Origin: an uncultured SAR86 cluster bacterium
GTDB lineage: Bacteria > Pseudomonadota > Gammaproteobacteria > Magnimaribacterales > D2472
Assembly: GCA_902515775.1 (NCBI GenBank)
Contig: CABXVU010000004.1
Location: forward strand, 2,746-66,745
Reading direction: 5' to 3'
DNA: 64,000 nt
Below are positions 49,418 to 63,028 of this stretch, piece by piece; the stretch's first letter is position 1; the number at the start of each line of letters is the position of its first letter. The notes beneath the pieces were generated by a model. It did not search any database. It was not told where the DNA came from and was given only the letters and a program-made list of their open reading frames with translations. The translations under genes were made by a program, and so were the position numbers.

Positions 49418-50725
49418 CTACTTCCCTATGCAGAAATCTTTAAAAATATCACCAAGCAAATCATCAGAATGCTTGATACCCAAAAACTCATCAAAGGAGG
49501 ATCTCACCAATCTCAAATCCTCTGCCGCAACATCAATATCACGCTCATTAGAAATTTTCTCAATACAGGCATTTAGGTTTGAAAGAGCTGAGTTAAAACA
49601 TTCAAGGTGTCGCTCCCTGATAATAAATGTTTTTCTTGTAATATCTTTATCCTCTTGCATTAATTCAAAAATTTTATTTTTCAACTCCCGCACACCATCA
49701 CCTGACTTTGCAGAAACAACACAGTCACAACAACTTTTTGGATGCTGCTTATCAGATTTGTTAAAAACAATCAGATGTTTTTTATCAGACAACCTAGATT
49801 TAAAACTTGGTAACAGCTCCTCTGTATCATGATCTAAAATTACAAGAATTAAATTAGAATTTTTAAGCTCATCACCAGAAAGCGCAACACCGCTTTTCTC
49901 GATCAAATCATCCGTTTCCCGAACACCCGCCGAATCTACCAACTCCATATTTACACTGTTATAAAACACCTCAGAGTCAATTAGATCTCTTGTCGTTCCA
50001 GGAATGTTTGAAACCAAAGCCCTGTCAAAACCAAGCATACGATTAAACAAAGATGATTTACCTGTATTAGGGGGCCCAAAAAACAAAACCCTATTTTTTG
50101 ATAGTTTTTTACTTGAAACCAGTGAGTTATCTATTAAATCAATCAAAGAAGATTTTATTTTAATCAGCCTTTCTTCAATGTTTCCCGCGACAATAAAATC
50201 ATAATCTTCATCTGAAAAATCAATACTTCCCTCAATAAAAACTCTCAAGGCATCAACCTCTTTACCTAGCGTATGAACCACATCACTTAATTTACCAGCT
50301 ATAGCCTCTGAGGAAAGCTGGCTTCTTTCGGCGTCTTCTGAATTAATCAAATCAACAACAGCCTCAGCCTCATTTAAAGAAAGCTTACCGTTTTCAAACG
50401 CAATCCTTGAAAACTCTCCTGGGTTGGCCTCCCTAAAACCCAGCGACAAAAAAACCTCCGTTAATGAACCAATAATCGAAAGGCCTCCATGACAAAAAAT
50501 CTCTACAGAATCCTCACCCGTATAACTGTTTGGACCTGAATAGTAAACAATAGAGCACCTATCAACCAGAGCCCCCTCCCAAAGAACATCTCTTAAAAAA
50601 ACCTCCCGGAAATTTGAGATGGGTTTATTAATAACACTATTAAATTTTTGACAACAACCCTCACCAGATATTCGAAACACAGCAATTGCGGATTGAGCCA
50701 CGGGAGTTGCTAATGCAAAAATCAA
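49418..50725 (-). CDS. mnmE: tRNA modification GTPase MnmE (TrmE)
   Basis: 435 aa with G1 GPPNTGKSS and the C-terminal CIGK. Confidence 0.93.
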   Translation of the reverse strand: MIFALATPVAQSAIAVFRISGEGCCQKFNSVINKPISNFREVFLRDVLWEGALVDRCSIVYYSGPNSYTGEDSVEIFCHGGLSIIGSLTEVFLSLGFREANPGEFSRIAFENGKLSLNEAEAVVDLINSEDAERSQLSSEAIAGKLSDVVHTLGKEVDALRVFIEGSIDFSDEDYDFIVAGNIEERLIKIKSSLIDLIDNSLVSSKKLSKNRVLFFGPPNTGKSSLFNRMLGFDRALVSNIPGTTRDLIDSEVFYNSVNMELVDSAGVRETDDLIEKSGVALSGDELKNSNLILVILDHDTEELLPSFKSRLSDKKHLIVFNKSDKQHPKSCCDCVVSAKSGDGVRELKNKIFELMQEDKDITRKTFIIRERHLECFNSALSNLNACIEKISNERDIDVAAEDLRLVRSSFDEFLGIKHSDDLLGDIFKDFCIGK

Positions 50726-50736
50726 AGCACAAACCC

Positions 50737-52293
50737 CTAACCACCAGCAGGGAAGTCAGATGCACCATATTTTTTATACATTGCTCTTTGTTGAACGAGA
50801 GATATCGCACTATTTGCGACAGAATACAAAACAAGACCTGCTGGCATAATTACAAAAACAACAGCGATCATCACCGGCATAAACTTCAGTATCTGTGCCT
50901 GCATAGGATCCATGCCGGGAGGCTGAGGGTTAAGTTGTTGAGTTAGATACATAAGAGCGGCAAACACGACTGGCAAAATAAAAAATGGGTCAGGCGCAGA
51001 CAAGTCTTGTATCCAGAAAAAGAAAGACTCATGTCTCAGCTCAACACTTTCTCTTAAACAAAAAAAGAAAGCTACAAAAACCGGTAACTGAAGAAATAAT
51101 GGAAAACAACCACCAGCAGGGTTTATACCCTCTTTTTTATATATCGCCATCATTTCTGTTCCAATTTTTGTCCTGTCGTCTTTATAACTCTCTTGTATTT
51201 CTTTTAATTTTGGCTGCACTGTTCTCATTTTAGCCATACTGGAAAAACCCTTAGCGGAAATAGGCCAAAGCAGTAATTTAACCAAAACTGTCAAAAGTAA
51301 AATCGATACTCCCCAGTTACCCACAAAAGCATTGATCATGCTTAATAACATCATCAGGGGTTGAGCCAAAAACCAAAACCAACCCATATCAATTGTAAGC
51401 TCTAGATCAGAAGCCCGACTCATCAGATCAGAACGAATTTTAGGCCCAAGAAAAATCCTATGATCTACACCAGACATCAGCTCGCTTGCTTTTACCTCCC
51501 GAGACAGAGCCCCCATTACATATGTATCAGAGCCAGAAGCCGGAGGAATTGCAATCAATGCTTGGACCCTGTCTGGGGGGGTTAGAATTGCCGCCATAAA
51601 ATATTTTTGAATGAAGGCAACCCAACCACCTCGTTGAAAATATTCTATTCTTTCGTCAATAGACCTAAGCCTACTATTTGCATATGGCTCATCAGGAGTA
51701 TTAAAAGCGACTCCTGTATAGGAACTGTTCTCAAAAAAATTATCCCTTGCGTCTAATGCCTTTCCATCTGTTCTGTACATTGCAATATATGGAGTAGGCA
51801 GGTCAATAGGAAGACCTCCAACCCAAACATCTTTTATTAACAACTCATAATCATTCTCTTTAAGAGCTATATTTTTATTAATCTTGCCATCAACTGATAC
51901 AAGTTCAACTGATGAGGGCTGCACATTTACAACCTCAAAACTTTGATCCTCAGAAGCAAAGCCGCTATTAAGATAAAATTTAAACCCCTTACTATCATCA
52001 AAGCCAAACAACCTTACGCCCAAAGAGTTATTATTATTAAGGTAGGTATGCTCTTTAAGCCTTGCCTCCCAAATTTTTCCAGTGACAGGGCTTATCTTCA
52101 CAATCAATTTATTGTTTTGTATTTCAATAAAATCTTCTGTTTCCCCAGCGGGAAGAACTTGCTGATTTTTATTAAAATCTATGGCGGTTGCCTCAGCAAC
52201 CTCTTGCTTAATTTCCTTTTCCGCGTTCCAAGATAAAAATAAAACGTAGGATAAAATAACCACAGAAGCTATGTAAAAATATCTCCAATTCAT
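50737..52293 (-). CDS. yidC: Membrane protein insertase YidC
   Basis: 518 aa with an N-terminal TM helix, a periplasmic domain and a conserved C-terminal five-TM core. Confidence 0.93.
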   Translation of the reverse strand: MNWRYFYIASVVILSYVLFLSWNAEKEIKQEVAEATAIDFNKNQQVLPAGETEDFIEIQNNKLIVKISPVTGKIWEARLKEHTYLNNNNSLGVRLFGFDDSKGFKFYLNSGFASEDQSFEVVNVQPSSVELVSVDGKINKNIALKENDYELLIKDVWVGGLPIDLPTPYIAMYRTDGKALDARDNFFENSSYTGVAFNTPDEPYANSRLRSIDERIEYFQRGGWVAFIQKYFMAAILTPPDRVQALIAIPPASGSDTYVMGALSREVKASELMSGVDHRIFLGPKIRSDLMSRASDLELTIDMGWFWFLAQPLMMLLSMINAFVGNWGVSILLLTVLVKLLLWPISAKGFSSMAKMRTVQPKLKEIQESYKDDRTKIGTEMMAIYKKEGINPAGGCFPLFLQLPVFVAFFFCLRESVELRHESFFFWIQDLSAPDPFFILPVVFAALMYLTQQLNPQPPGMDPMQAQILKFMPVMIAVVFVIMPAGLVLYSVANSAISLVQQRAMYKKYGASDFPAGG

Positions 52294-52502
52294 TTTTTTA
52301 CCTCATCAATGCCGCCAGCAGACCATGGCCCACATTTAAGAATCCTTATCAAAGAATAGAAACCACCAACAATCACACCATGAACCTCAACGCTTTCTTT
52401 TGCATATTGCGAGCATGTTGGCTCAAACCTGCAATTTTTACCGAATAAAAAACTTAGATATTTTTGATAAAAATCAATCATAAATATAAAAAAATTTTTC
52501 AC
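52290..52502 (-). CDS. yidD: Membrane protein insertion efficiency factor YidD
   Basis: 70 aa with YQKYLS...CRFEPTCSQYA. Overlaps yidC by 4 nt. Confidence 0.85.
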   Translation of the reverse strand: MKNFFIFMIDFYQKYLSFLFGKNCRFEPTCSQYAKESVEVHGVIVGGFYSLIRILKCGPWSAGGIDEVKK

Positions 52503-52504
52503 AT

Positions 52505-52783
52505 CTAAACCCTCTTATTATTAACAAATTTTTTCAACACAGGATTAAATTCTTTAACAATATTTTTGTAACCCATTTCTAAAAAACCAAGTCTGACAAC
52601 CACAACATACCCCTCATTAAGATCACTATAATGAAAAATTTCTCTAATCCACCGTTTAATTTTATTCCGATGAACCGCCAATGAATAGTCTGCCTTCTTA
52701 ACCACTATTTTAAGCTTTGTATCGGGCGAGCTTTCATCATAAAAAATTGATGCAAAGTCCGAGTGATAGATTTTCTTTGAGAT
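52505..52783 (-). CDS. rnpA: Ribonuclease P protein component; start uncertain (ATC proposed)
   Basis: RNRIKR-type motif (AVHRNKIKRWIRE). The track ORF (GTG 52705) gives 66 aa, but the frame stays open up to the rpmH stop. It encodes (D)ISKKIYHSDFASIFYDESSPDTKLKI, which matches the RnpA N-terminal F-x-x-V-F region. That stretch has no ATG/GTG/TTG. Confidence 0.7.
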   Translation of the reverse strand: MSKKIYHSDFASIFYDESSPDTKLKIVVKKADYSLAVHRNKIKRWIREIFHYSDLNEGYVVVVRLGFLEMGYKNIVKEFNPVLKKFVNNKRV

Positions 52784-52799
52784 ATCGAAGCCTAAATAA

Positions 52800-52934
52800 T
52801 TAAGCGGTTAAAACCTTGCGACCTTTTTTTCTTCGGTTTGCAATTACAGCCCTTCCTGCTTTTGTTGCCATTCTCGCTCTAAAGCCATGAGTTCTTTTTC
52901 TTTTTAATGTACTGGGTTGAAATGTTCTTTTCAT
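52800..52934 (-). CDS. rpmH: 50S ribosomal protein L34
   Basis: My own translation: [44 protein letters not shown] (44 aa). Too short for the ORF track. Confidence 0.93.
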   Translation of the reverse strand: MKRTFQPSTLKRKRTHGFRARMATKAGRAVIANRRKKGRKVLTA

Positions 52935-53025
52935 AGTTGCTCAAAATTAAGCCAAAAATTATATATTATTGGGTATGAAATGAAAGAAAAAACAATAAAA
53001 ATTAAATACATAGCATGCTAACAAG

Positions 53026-53034
53026 TTATCCACA
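53026..53034 (+). promoter_or_regulatory. Perfect DnaA box upstream of dnaA
   Basis: ttatccaca, 77 nt upstream of the dnaA start. The rpmH-dnaA spacer is very AT-rich. Confidence 0.6.
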
Positions 53035-53110
53035 GAAAATACATATGCTTATGCTGTAGATATCTTGTTAGTTTTTGTTAGACTAACTTTTCTACCGGAG
53101 GTCTATAAAA

Positions 53111-54400
53111 TTGAAATTTTGGTCTGAATGCACTGAAAAACTTGAAGCTAAGCTATCGCAAGAAGAATTTAATACCTGGATTAAGCCCTTAAAAGCTGAT
53201 ATTCGTGAAAATAATTTAGAAATAAGTGCCCCGAATGACTTTGTACTGACCTATGTTAGAGAAAATCTCGGACAAATTATAGAAAACTTAGTAAGTAAAT
53301 CTAATGAATCACTAATTGTAAAGTTTAAAACACTAGATAAGTCAACATTTGTCGATAAACTTAATGTCTCAGAAGAAAATAAGCCTTCTCTTGTCCAAAA
53401 TTTTACATTTAGCAGTTTTGTAGAGGGAAAATCTAACCACATGGCCCTTGCTGCAGCCAAACAGGTGGCAGCAAATCCTAAAGGTGATTATAACCCACTG
53501 TTCATATATGGTGGGGTTGGGCTAGGAAAAACACATCTTATGCATGCTGTTGGAAACGAAATCCTGAGCGCAGATACTACAAAGAGGATAGTTTATGTTC
53601 ATTCAGAAAAGTTTGTAGCAGACATGGTAAAAGCTCTTCAATTAGGTGCTATGAGCGAGTTTAAAGAGTTTTACAGGAACGCTGATGCTCTATTAATTGA
53701 TGATATTCAGTTTTTTGCTGGCAAAGAACAGTCACAAGAGGAGTTTTTTCACACTTTTAACACTCTTCTAGATAGAAATCATCAAATGATACTTACATGT
53801 GATAAGTACCCTAAGGAGATAGATGGTCTCGAAGAGCGCTTAAAATCAAGGCTTGGCTGGGGCTTGCCTGTAATTATAGAGCCCCCTGAGCTTGAAACTC
53901 GTGCAGCAGTCCTTCTAAGTAAGGCTAATTCTATGGGGGTAAAGCTTCCAAATGATTGCGCTATTTATATTGCACAAAGAATTAGGTCTAATATTAGAGA
54001 GTTAGAGGGAGCACTTAAAAGGGTTGTTGCAAACTCAAGGTTTACTGATCAAGAGATCGATGTTCCTTTTGTGAAAGATGCATTAAAAGATTTGTTTGTT
54101 ATCTCAGCAAAGATGGTAAGCATTGATAATATTCAAAAAACTGTTGCTGAGTATTACAACATTAAACTATCTGATCTTCTTTCTAAAAGAAGAAGCCGGT
54201 CAATCACCCGACCAAGACAATTGGCTATGGCGCTTACAAAATCATTAACCAATCACAGCTTACCAGAAATAGGTGAGGCCTTTAATGGTAGAGACCATAC
54301 AACTGTGCTGCATGCGTGTAGTAAAATAAAAGAACTAAGAAAAGAAATTCCATCCCTTGAAGAAGACTATAGAAATTTGAATAGGACACTTACAAACTAA
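53111..54400 (+). CDS. dnaA: Chromosomal replication initiator DnaA
   Basis: 429 aa with a TTG start, a GGAGG RBS 9 nt upstream, the AAA+ motif [13 protein letters not shown] and a C-terminal DNA-binding domain ([10 protein letters not shown]). Confidence 0.95.
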   Translation: MKFWSECTEKLEAKLSQEEFNTWIKPLKADIRENNLEISAPNDFVLTYVRENLGQIIENLVSKSNESLIVKFKTLDKSTFVDKLNVSEENKPSLVQNFTFSSFVEGKSNHMALAAAKQVAANPKGDYNPLFIYGGVGLGKTHLMHAVGNEILSADTTKRIVYVHSEKFVADMVKALQLGAMSEFKEFYRNADALLIDDIQFFAGKEQSQEEFFHTFNTLLDRNHQMILTCDKYPKEIDGLEERLKSRLGWGLPVIIEPPELETRAAVLLSKANSMGVKLPNDCAIYIAQRIRSNIRELEGALKRVVANSRFTDQEIDVPFVKDALKDLFVISAKMVSIDNIQKTVAEYYNIKLSDLLSKRRSRSITRPRQLAMALTKSLTNHSLPEIGEAFNGRDHTTVLHACSKIKELRKEIPSLEEDYRNLNRTLTN

Positions 54401-55498
54401 ATGGAAATAACCTTAAAAAAAGAGGATATTGTTTCTGCTCTTAATATTACACTGGGGGTTGTTGAAAAGAGACAAACACTTCCAATTCTTGCAAATGTTT
54501 TATTCGAGGTAGATGAAAATTCATTTAAATTAACAGCCACAGATTTAGAATCAGAGGTTACTACCACGGGTTCAATACTAGGCATGGAATCGGTTGGAAA
54601 AATAACAACATCTGCTAAAAAATTAAACGAGCTTTGCAGATTAATTCCTGACGGAGAGGAAATTAGTTTGTCATTAAGATCTGAAAAATTGAATATTAAA
54701 ACTAAAAATGGTAAGTACTTACTATCAACTCTACCCAGTGCAGACTTTCCTATTTTTGATATTGATCCCGGTGACAACCCTTTAGTAATTCCTGCCAAAG
54801 ACCTACAAGAACTTATAAAAAATACATCTTTTGCAATGGGAAACCAAGATTGGCGACATTATTTGAATGGTCTTTTTATTTCAATTGGCGATAGACAAAT
54901 CACTGCTGTTTCGACTGATGCCCATAGATTGGCTGTAGCTAACATTGCCATAAATTCTGATCACTCGTTTTCCGGCATTATTCCAAGAAAATCTATAAAT
55001 GAGATGGCCAAATTTCTTTCTGATCAACCCGGTGATGCTGAGCTCAAAATTAATGATTCCTCATTAGAACTTGTGGTTGGAAATCTAATTTTTAAAAGTA
55101 AATTAATTGATGGAAAGTTTCCAGATTATCAACAGGTTATTCCGTCTGGCGAGAGCTCTATGTTAGAAATTAACGTTAAGGAATTTTCAGAATGTCTCAG
55201 TAGAGTCTCCATTTTATCTAGTGAAAAATATAAAGGCGTTAGATTAATTACTTCATCAGATGGAGTAAGAATTTCTGCTAATAATCCAGAGCAAGAAGAG
55301 GCTGAAGAATTCTTCCCAGCTTCTTACAAGGGTGAAGATTTAGATATAGCTTTCAATGTTACCTATCTTCAAGAAATAATGTCACACATGCAAACAGATA
55401 CATGTAATATAAATTTCTTTGGATCTGATAAAAGCTGCCTGCTAACACCGCCAAGCAGCGATAGCCCTAAATATGTTGTTATGCCACTCCTAATATAG
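54401..55498 (+). CDS. dnaN: DNA polymerase III beta sliding clamp
   Basis: 365 aa. Its ATG directly abuts the dnaA TAA. Confidence 0.93.
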   Translation: MEITLKKEDIVSALNITLGVVEKRQTLPILANVLFEVDENSFKLTATDLESEVTTTGSILGMESVGKITTSAKKLNELCRLIPDGEEISLSLRSEKLNIKTKNGKYLLSTLPSADFPIFDIDPGDNPLVIPAKDLQELIKNTSFAMGNQDWRHYLNGLFISIGDRQITAVSTDAHRLAVANIAINSDHSFSGIIPRKSINEMAKFLSDQPGDAELKINDSSLELVVGNLIFKSKLIDGKFPDYQQVIPSGESSMLEINVKEFSECLSRVSILSSEKYKGVRLITSSDGVRISANNPEQEEAEEFFPASYKGEDLDIAFNVTYLQEIMSHMQTDTCNINFFGSDKSCLLTPPSSDSPKYVVMPLLI

Positions 55499-55501
55499 GT
55501 A

Positions 55502-59084
<3,583 letters not shown>

Positions 59085-59237
59085 AATCCAAACTTTACCA
59101 ACATACTGGAGTTTTGCTGTCGAGAGGAATAGCGATGCAACAATAATAATTAAAGATACAAAAATTAAACTTATTAGAAAAACTAAATAAAATATTAAGA
59201 TACTAATTATATGAATTTACTAAATATAAACTTTTGT

Positions 59238-60587
59238 CTAGTTTATTATCAAGTCCTCCACATATTTAGAGAGTTCTGAGATTGCAATTCTTTCTTGTTG
59301 CATTGTATCCCTATCACGAATGGTTACTGAATCATCATCAAGAGTTTCAAAGTCCACAGTAATGCATAAGGGAGTTCCAACCTCGTCATGGCGTCTATAA
59401 CTCTTTCCAATATTTCCGGAGTTCTCTAGCAAAACTCTACCGAGTCTTAAACTTTGCAAAGTTTTTTTAATCTTTGATGCAATTTCAACTAATTGCTTGT
59501 TATTTTTCTTTAGGGGAATAACAGCGGCTTTAATTGGTGATAAATGAGGTTTAAGTTTTAGAACTGTTCTAGTTTTACCGCCCTCCAATTCCTCTACTCT
59601 GTATGCCTCATTTAAAACAGCTAGTACACCTCTATCAACACCTGCCGAGGGTTCAATAACATAAGGCACAAACCATTTTTTTGTTTCTATGTCTTGAAGT
59701 GCAAGTCTTGAATTTGATTCACTGTTCTCTAATACGTTTGAATGTATATCAAGATCTTTTTGATTTTTGCTGTGTGATCCAAGATCAAAATCTGTTCTAT
59801 TAGCAATGCCTTCTAATTCTTCAAGACCGTGAGGGAATTTATACATTATATCTACTGTGGCTTTAGAATAATGAGCAAGCTCATTTGGGGGTACATTGTA
59901 TAGCTCAATATTCTCTTTACCTACCCCTTGTTCATCCCACCACTTAAGTCGGGTATCTACCCATTTTTTATGCCAGTCATCATCTGTTCCAGGAGCAACG
60001 AAAAATTCAAGTTCCATTTGTTCGAATTCTCTCACTCTAAATACAAAATTTCTTGGTGTTATTTCATTTCTAAAAGCTTTGCCAATTTGCGCAATTCCAA
60101 ACGGGACCTTTCTAGAAGTAGAATCAACAACGTTTTTAAAGTTTGTAAATATATTTTGAGCAGTCTCAGGTCTCAGATATGCAAAAGAGTCTTTATCCTC
60201 AATTGGTCCTACAGCTGTCTTAAACATAAGGTTAAATTGTCTTGGCTCTGTAAGATCTTCTTTCTTACAATGATCTGGAATTTGATCAGCTCGAAAACGT
60301 TGATTACAGGATTTACAATCTACCATTGGATCCGAAAACGTATCCTCATGACCTGAAAACTTTAAAACACTTGGCTTCGTTAAAATTGCTGCATCTAGGC
60401 CTTCAACATCATCCCTATCAAAGACTATATCTCTCCACCAAGCTTGTTTTAGGTTGTTCTTAAGCTCAACACCCAACGGTCCATAATCATATAATCCTTG
60501 AAGACCACCGTAGATTTCATTAGATTGAAATATAAAACCCCTTCTTTTGCAAAGAGCTACGAGTTCATCCATTGTTTTTGCTGTCAA
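59238..60587 (-). CDS. glyQS: Glycine--tRNA ligase, homodimeric alpha2 (GlyQS) type
   Basis: 449 aa with the N-terminal [24 protein letters not shown] pattern typical of class II alpha2 GlyRS. Confidence 0.9.
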   Translation of the reverse strand: MTAKTMDELVALCKRRGFIFQSNEIYGGLQGLYDYGPLGVELKNNLKQAWWRDIVFDRDDVEGLDAAILTKPSVLKFSGHEDTFSDPMVDCKSCNQRFRADQIPDHCKKEDLTEPRQFNLMFKTAVGPIEDKDSFAYLRPETAQNIFTNFKNVVDSTSRKVPFGIAQIGKAFRNEITPRNFVFRVREFEQMELEFFVAPGTDDDWHKKWVDTRLKWWDEQGVGKENIELYNVPPNELAHYSKATVDIMYKFPHGLEELEGIANRTDFDLGSHSKNQKDLDIHSNVLENSESNSRLALQDIETKKWFVPYVIEPSAGVDRGVLAVLNEAYRVEELEGGKTRTVLKLKPHLSPIKAAVIPLKKNNKQLVEIASKIKKTLQSLRLGRVLLENSGNIGKSYRRHDEVGTPLCITVDFETLDDDSVTIRDRDTMQQERIAISELSKYVEDLIIN

Positions 60588-60725
60588 AATTAACCCTTAT
60601 TTTTATATTTCGGAAACTATATTATGCAGTCATTTTAATCATATCTATAGGATTTTTATAAACTCTACACACATAACCCTATTAAATATGTGATTAAGAG
60701 ATGATAATTAACAAAATGACCTGAA

Positions 60726-61589
60726 ATGAAAATATTTTTTTATATTTTATCGATTCTACCTTTAAAATTTATATTTTCATTTTTAGATATTTCCTTTAAA
60801 TTTTTACCACTTAGCCTTTTAAGAATTTTATCTCCTTTCAAGGTTACAAGAAAAAATTTATCTATCGTTTTCCCGGATACAACTTCGCATGAGTTAGACA
60901 TCCTTGCAAAAGAAAGTTACAAAGAAACAATTAAAAGTTTATATGAAACTTTATATACATGGTCAAGGTCGTCTCATAAAATTATTCTAGAGGTTAAAAA
61001 GATTAATAACAGATTTTTATTAAACGCTTCAAATCATAAAGATGGATTAATTATTTTTGCTCCCCATAATCGAAGTATTGATTTTATGTTGAGATGGATA
61101 AGCACTCAAAGGTCACACACATCCCTCTACAAGAAAATTAAGTTTAGTCCGATTGATAAATTCGTAAAAAAATTTAGAGAGGAAAAAAATTGTAAGATGG
61201 TTGAAACCGGAATAGGGGGCGTGAAATCAATTTTGAATGCTTTAGAAAAAAATCAGATGACATGTATGGCATCAGACCAAGTCCCAGCTGATGGACTCGG
61301 AACCTATTCTAAATTTTTTGGACATGAATGTTATTCGTTTGCTTTGGCTCCAAAATTGGCAAGAAAAACAAAGAAAGAAATTCTTTTAAGTTATCTTTCT
61401 TATAAAAGAGATATTGGTCATATTATTAATTTTAAAAAACCCAGTATTGAAATTTATGAAAAAAATGGTGTTGATGTGATGAATAAAGAAATAGAAAACG
61501 TGATTAAGAAATCACCTTTAGAGTATTCTTGGGAATATAAAAAATTTAGAAAACTGTCAGGAGATATAAAAGACATCTATAAAAATTAA
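60726..61589 (+). CDS. Lipid A biosynthesis (Kdo)2-lipid IVA acyltransferase family (LpxL/HtrB-like)
   Basis: 287 aa with an N-terminal TM helix, an HX4D box (PHNRSID) and family-typical length. Confidence 0.6.
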   Translation: MKIFFYILSILPLKFIFSFLDISFKFLPLSLLRILSPFKVTRKNLSIVFPDTTSHELDILAKESYKETIKSLYETLYTWSRSSHKIILEVKKINNRFLLNASNHKDGLIIFAPHNRSIDFMLRWISTQRSHTSLYKKIKFSPIDKFVKKFREEKNCKMVETGIGGVKSILNALEKNQMTCMASDQVPADGLGTYSKFFGHECYSFALAPKLARKTKKEILLSYLSYKRDIGHIINFKKPSIEIYEKNGVDVMNKEIENVIKKSPLEYSWEYKKFRKLSGDIKDIYKN

Positions 61590-63028
61590 CGTCGCCAAAA
61601 AGCTGGAGTAAACAATACAAGAAGAGTAAATATTTCTAGTCTTCCTAAAATCATCGCAAAGCATAAAATTATTTTTCCAACTTCACTTACACTTTTGTAG
61701 TTGCTAGCAACATCACCCAAGCCAGGCCCTAAATTATTTAAACATGCTCCAATAGCAGAAAATGCAGATTCAAAATTTAATCCAGTTCCTAGCATTGCCA
61801 TTAGCAAGAACATAAATATAAATACATAAATAGAGAAAAATCCCCAAACCTTCTCAGCAATTTTTGAGTCTATTACTTTATTTCCAATCTTTGTAGAAAG
61901 AACAGCATTTGGATGGATGATACTTAAAATTTCTTTATAAGCCTGATTGAGCATAATTAAAACTCGCCAGGTTTTTATGCCTCCACCAACAGACTGTGAA
62001 CAGGCTCCCATAAAAGCACCAACCAGCAAAAGATAGGGCAAAAAACTTGGCCAAAGAGAGAAGTTTTCTGTGGTAAAACCTGAGGTTGTTACTATGGAAA
62101 CGGTATGAAAAATCGATGCCCTTAAAGTTAATAAAATATCCGCATATGAGTTACTTATAGTATGAACTATTAAAATTATTAAAATTATTGACATGACTGC
62201 TATCAAGAAGAATCGAAACTCTGAATCATAAAAGTATCTCAGAGGTTTACCACCAAATATTGCTGCATAATGTACAGCAAATGAAGCTGCAGAAAGCAGC
62301 ATAAAAATAATACAAACAGCTTCTATTAGGCCGCTATCAAAAAAACCTATACTCTTATCATGAGTTGAGAAACCACCTCCAGCTACTGTGCTTAGACTAT
62401 GCGCAATTGCATCAAATAAATCCATGCCTGAAAGAATGTAAAGAAGAGCACAAGCTAGGGTAAGACCAAAATAAATTCTCCATAGAGCTTTTGCACTGTC
62501 TGTTATTTTTGGGGTAAGCTTTTGATCACCATGGCTGCCCGGAAGTTCCATCTTATATAATTGACTTCCTCCAATTCCGAGAGCTGGCATAACTGCAACA
62601 GCTAAAATTATTAATCCCATTCCACCAATCCACTGCAGAAGTTGTCGATATAAAAGTAGAGACTTTGGTAGCTCATCAAGACCGACGATGAGAGTTGCTC
62701 CGGTAGTAGTTATTCCAGATACTGATTCAAAAATAGCATCATTAAAACTAAGACCAAAAAAGTAAAATGGTATTGATCCAGCACAAGCTAAAACAACCCA
62801 GAACATGGTTGTGATAATAAAGCCATCTGAAATATTTAGTGGAAGACCTTTTTGCCGACTGATAAACCACATAAGACCACCTAAAGAAATTAAAAATAAA
62901 AATGAATATAAAAATATTTCACTAAGTGGCTCCTCATAAATAAAGGTAACTATTAAAGGGGGAATAAATGCAAAACTAAATATAGCAAGCAGAATACCTA
63001 TAAGATTTAAAATCGATTTGTAATTCAT
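61586..63028 (-). CDS. trkH: Trk system potassium uptake protein TrkH
   Basis: 480 aa, polytopic, with TrkH-type pore-loop glycine motifs. Next to trkA. Confidence 0.9.
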   Translation of the reverse strand: MNYKSILNLIGILLAIFSFAFIPPLIVTFIYEEPLSEIFLYSFLFLISLGGLMWFISRQKGLPLNISDGFIITTMFWVVLACAGSIPFYFFGLSFNDAIFESVSGITTTGATLIVGLDELPKSLLLYRQLLQWIGGMGLIILAVAVMPALGIGGSQLYKMELPGSHGDQKLTPKITDSAKALWRIYFGLTLACALLYILSGMDLFDAIAHSLSTVAGGGFSTHDKSIGFFDSGLIEAVCIIFMLLSAASFAVHYAAIFGGKPLRYFYDSEFRFFLIAVMSIILIILIVHTISNSYADILLTLRASIFHTVSIVTTSGFTTENFSLWPSFLPYLLLVGAFMGACSQSVGGGIKTWRVLIMLNQAYKEILSIIHPNAVLSTKIGNKVIDSKIAEKVWGFFSIYVFIFMFLLMAMLGTGLNFESAFSAIGACLNNLGPGLGDVASNYKSVSEVGKIILCFAMILGRLEIFTLLVLFTPAFWRR

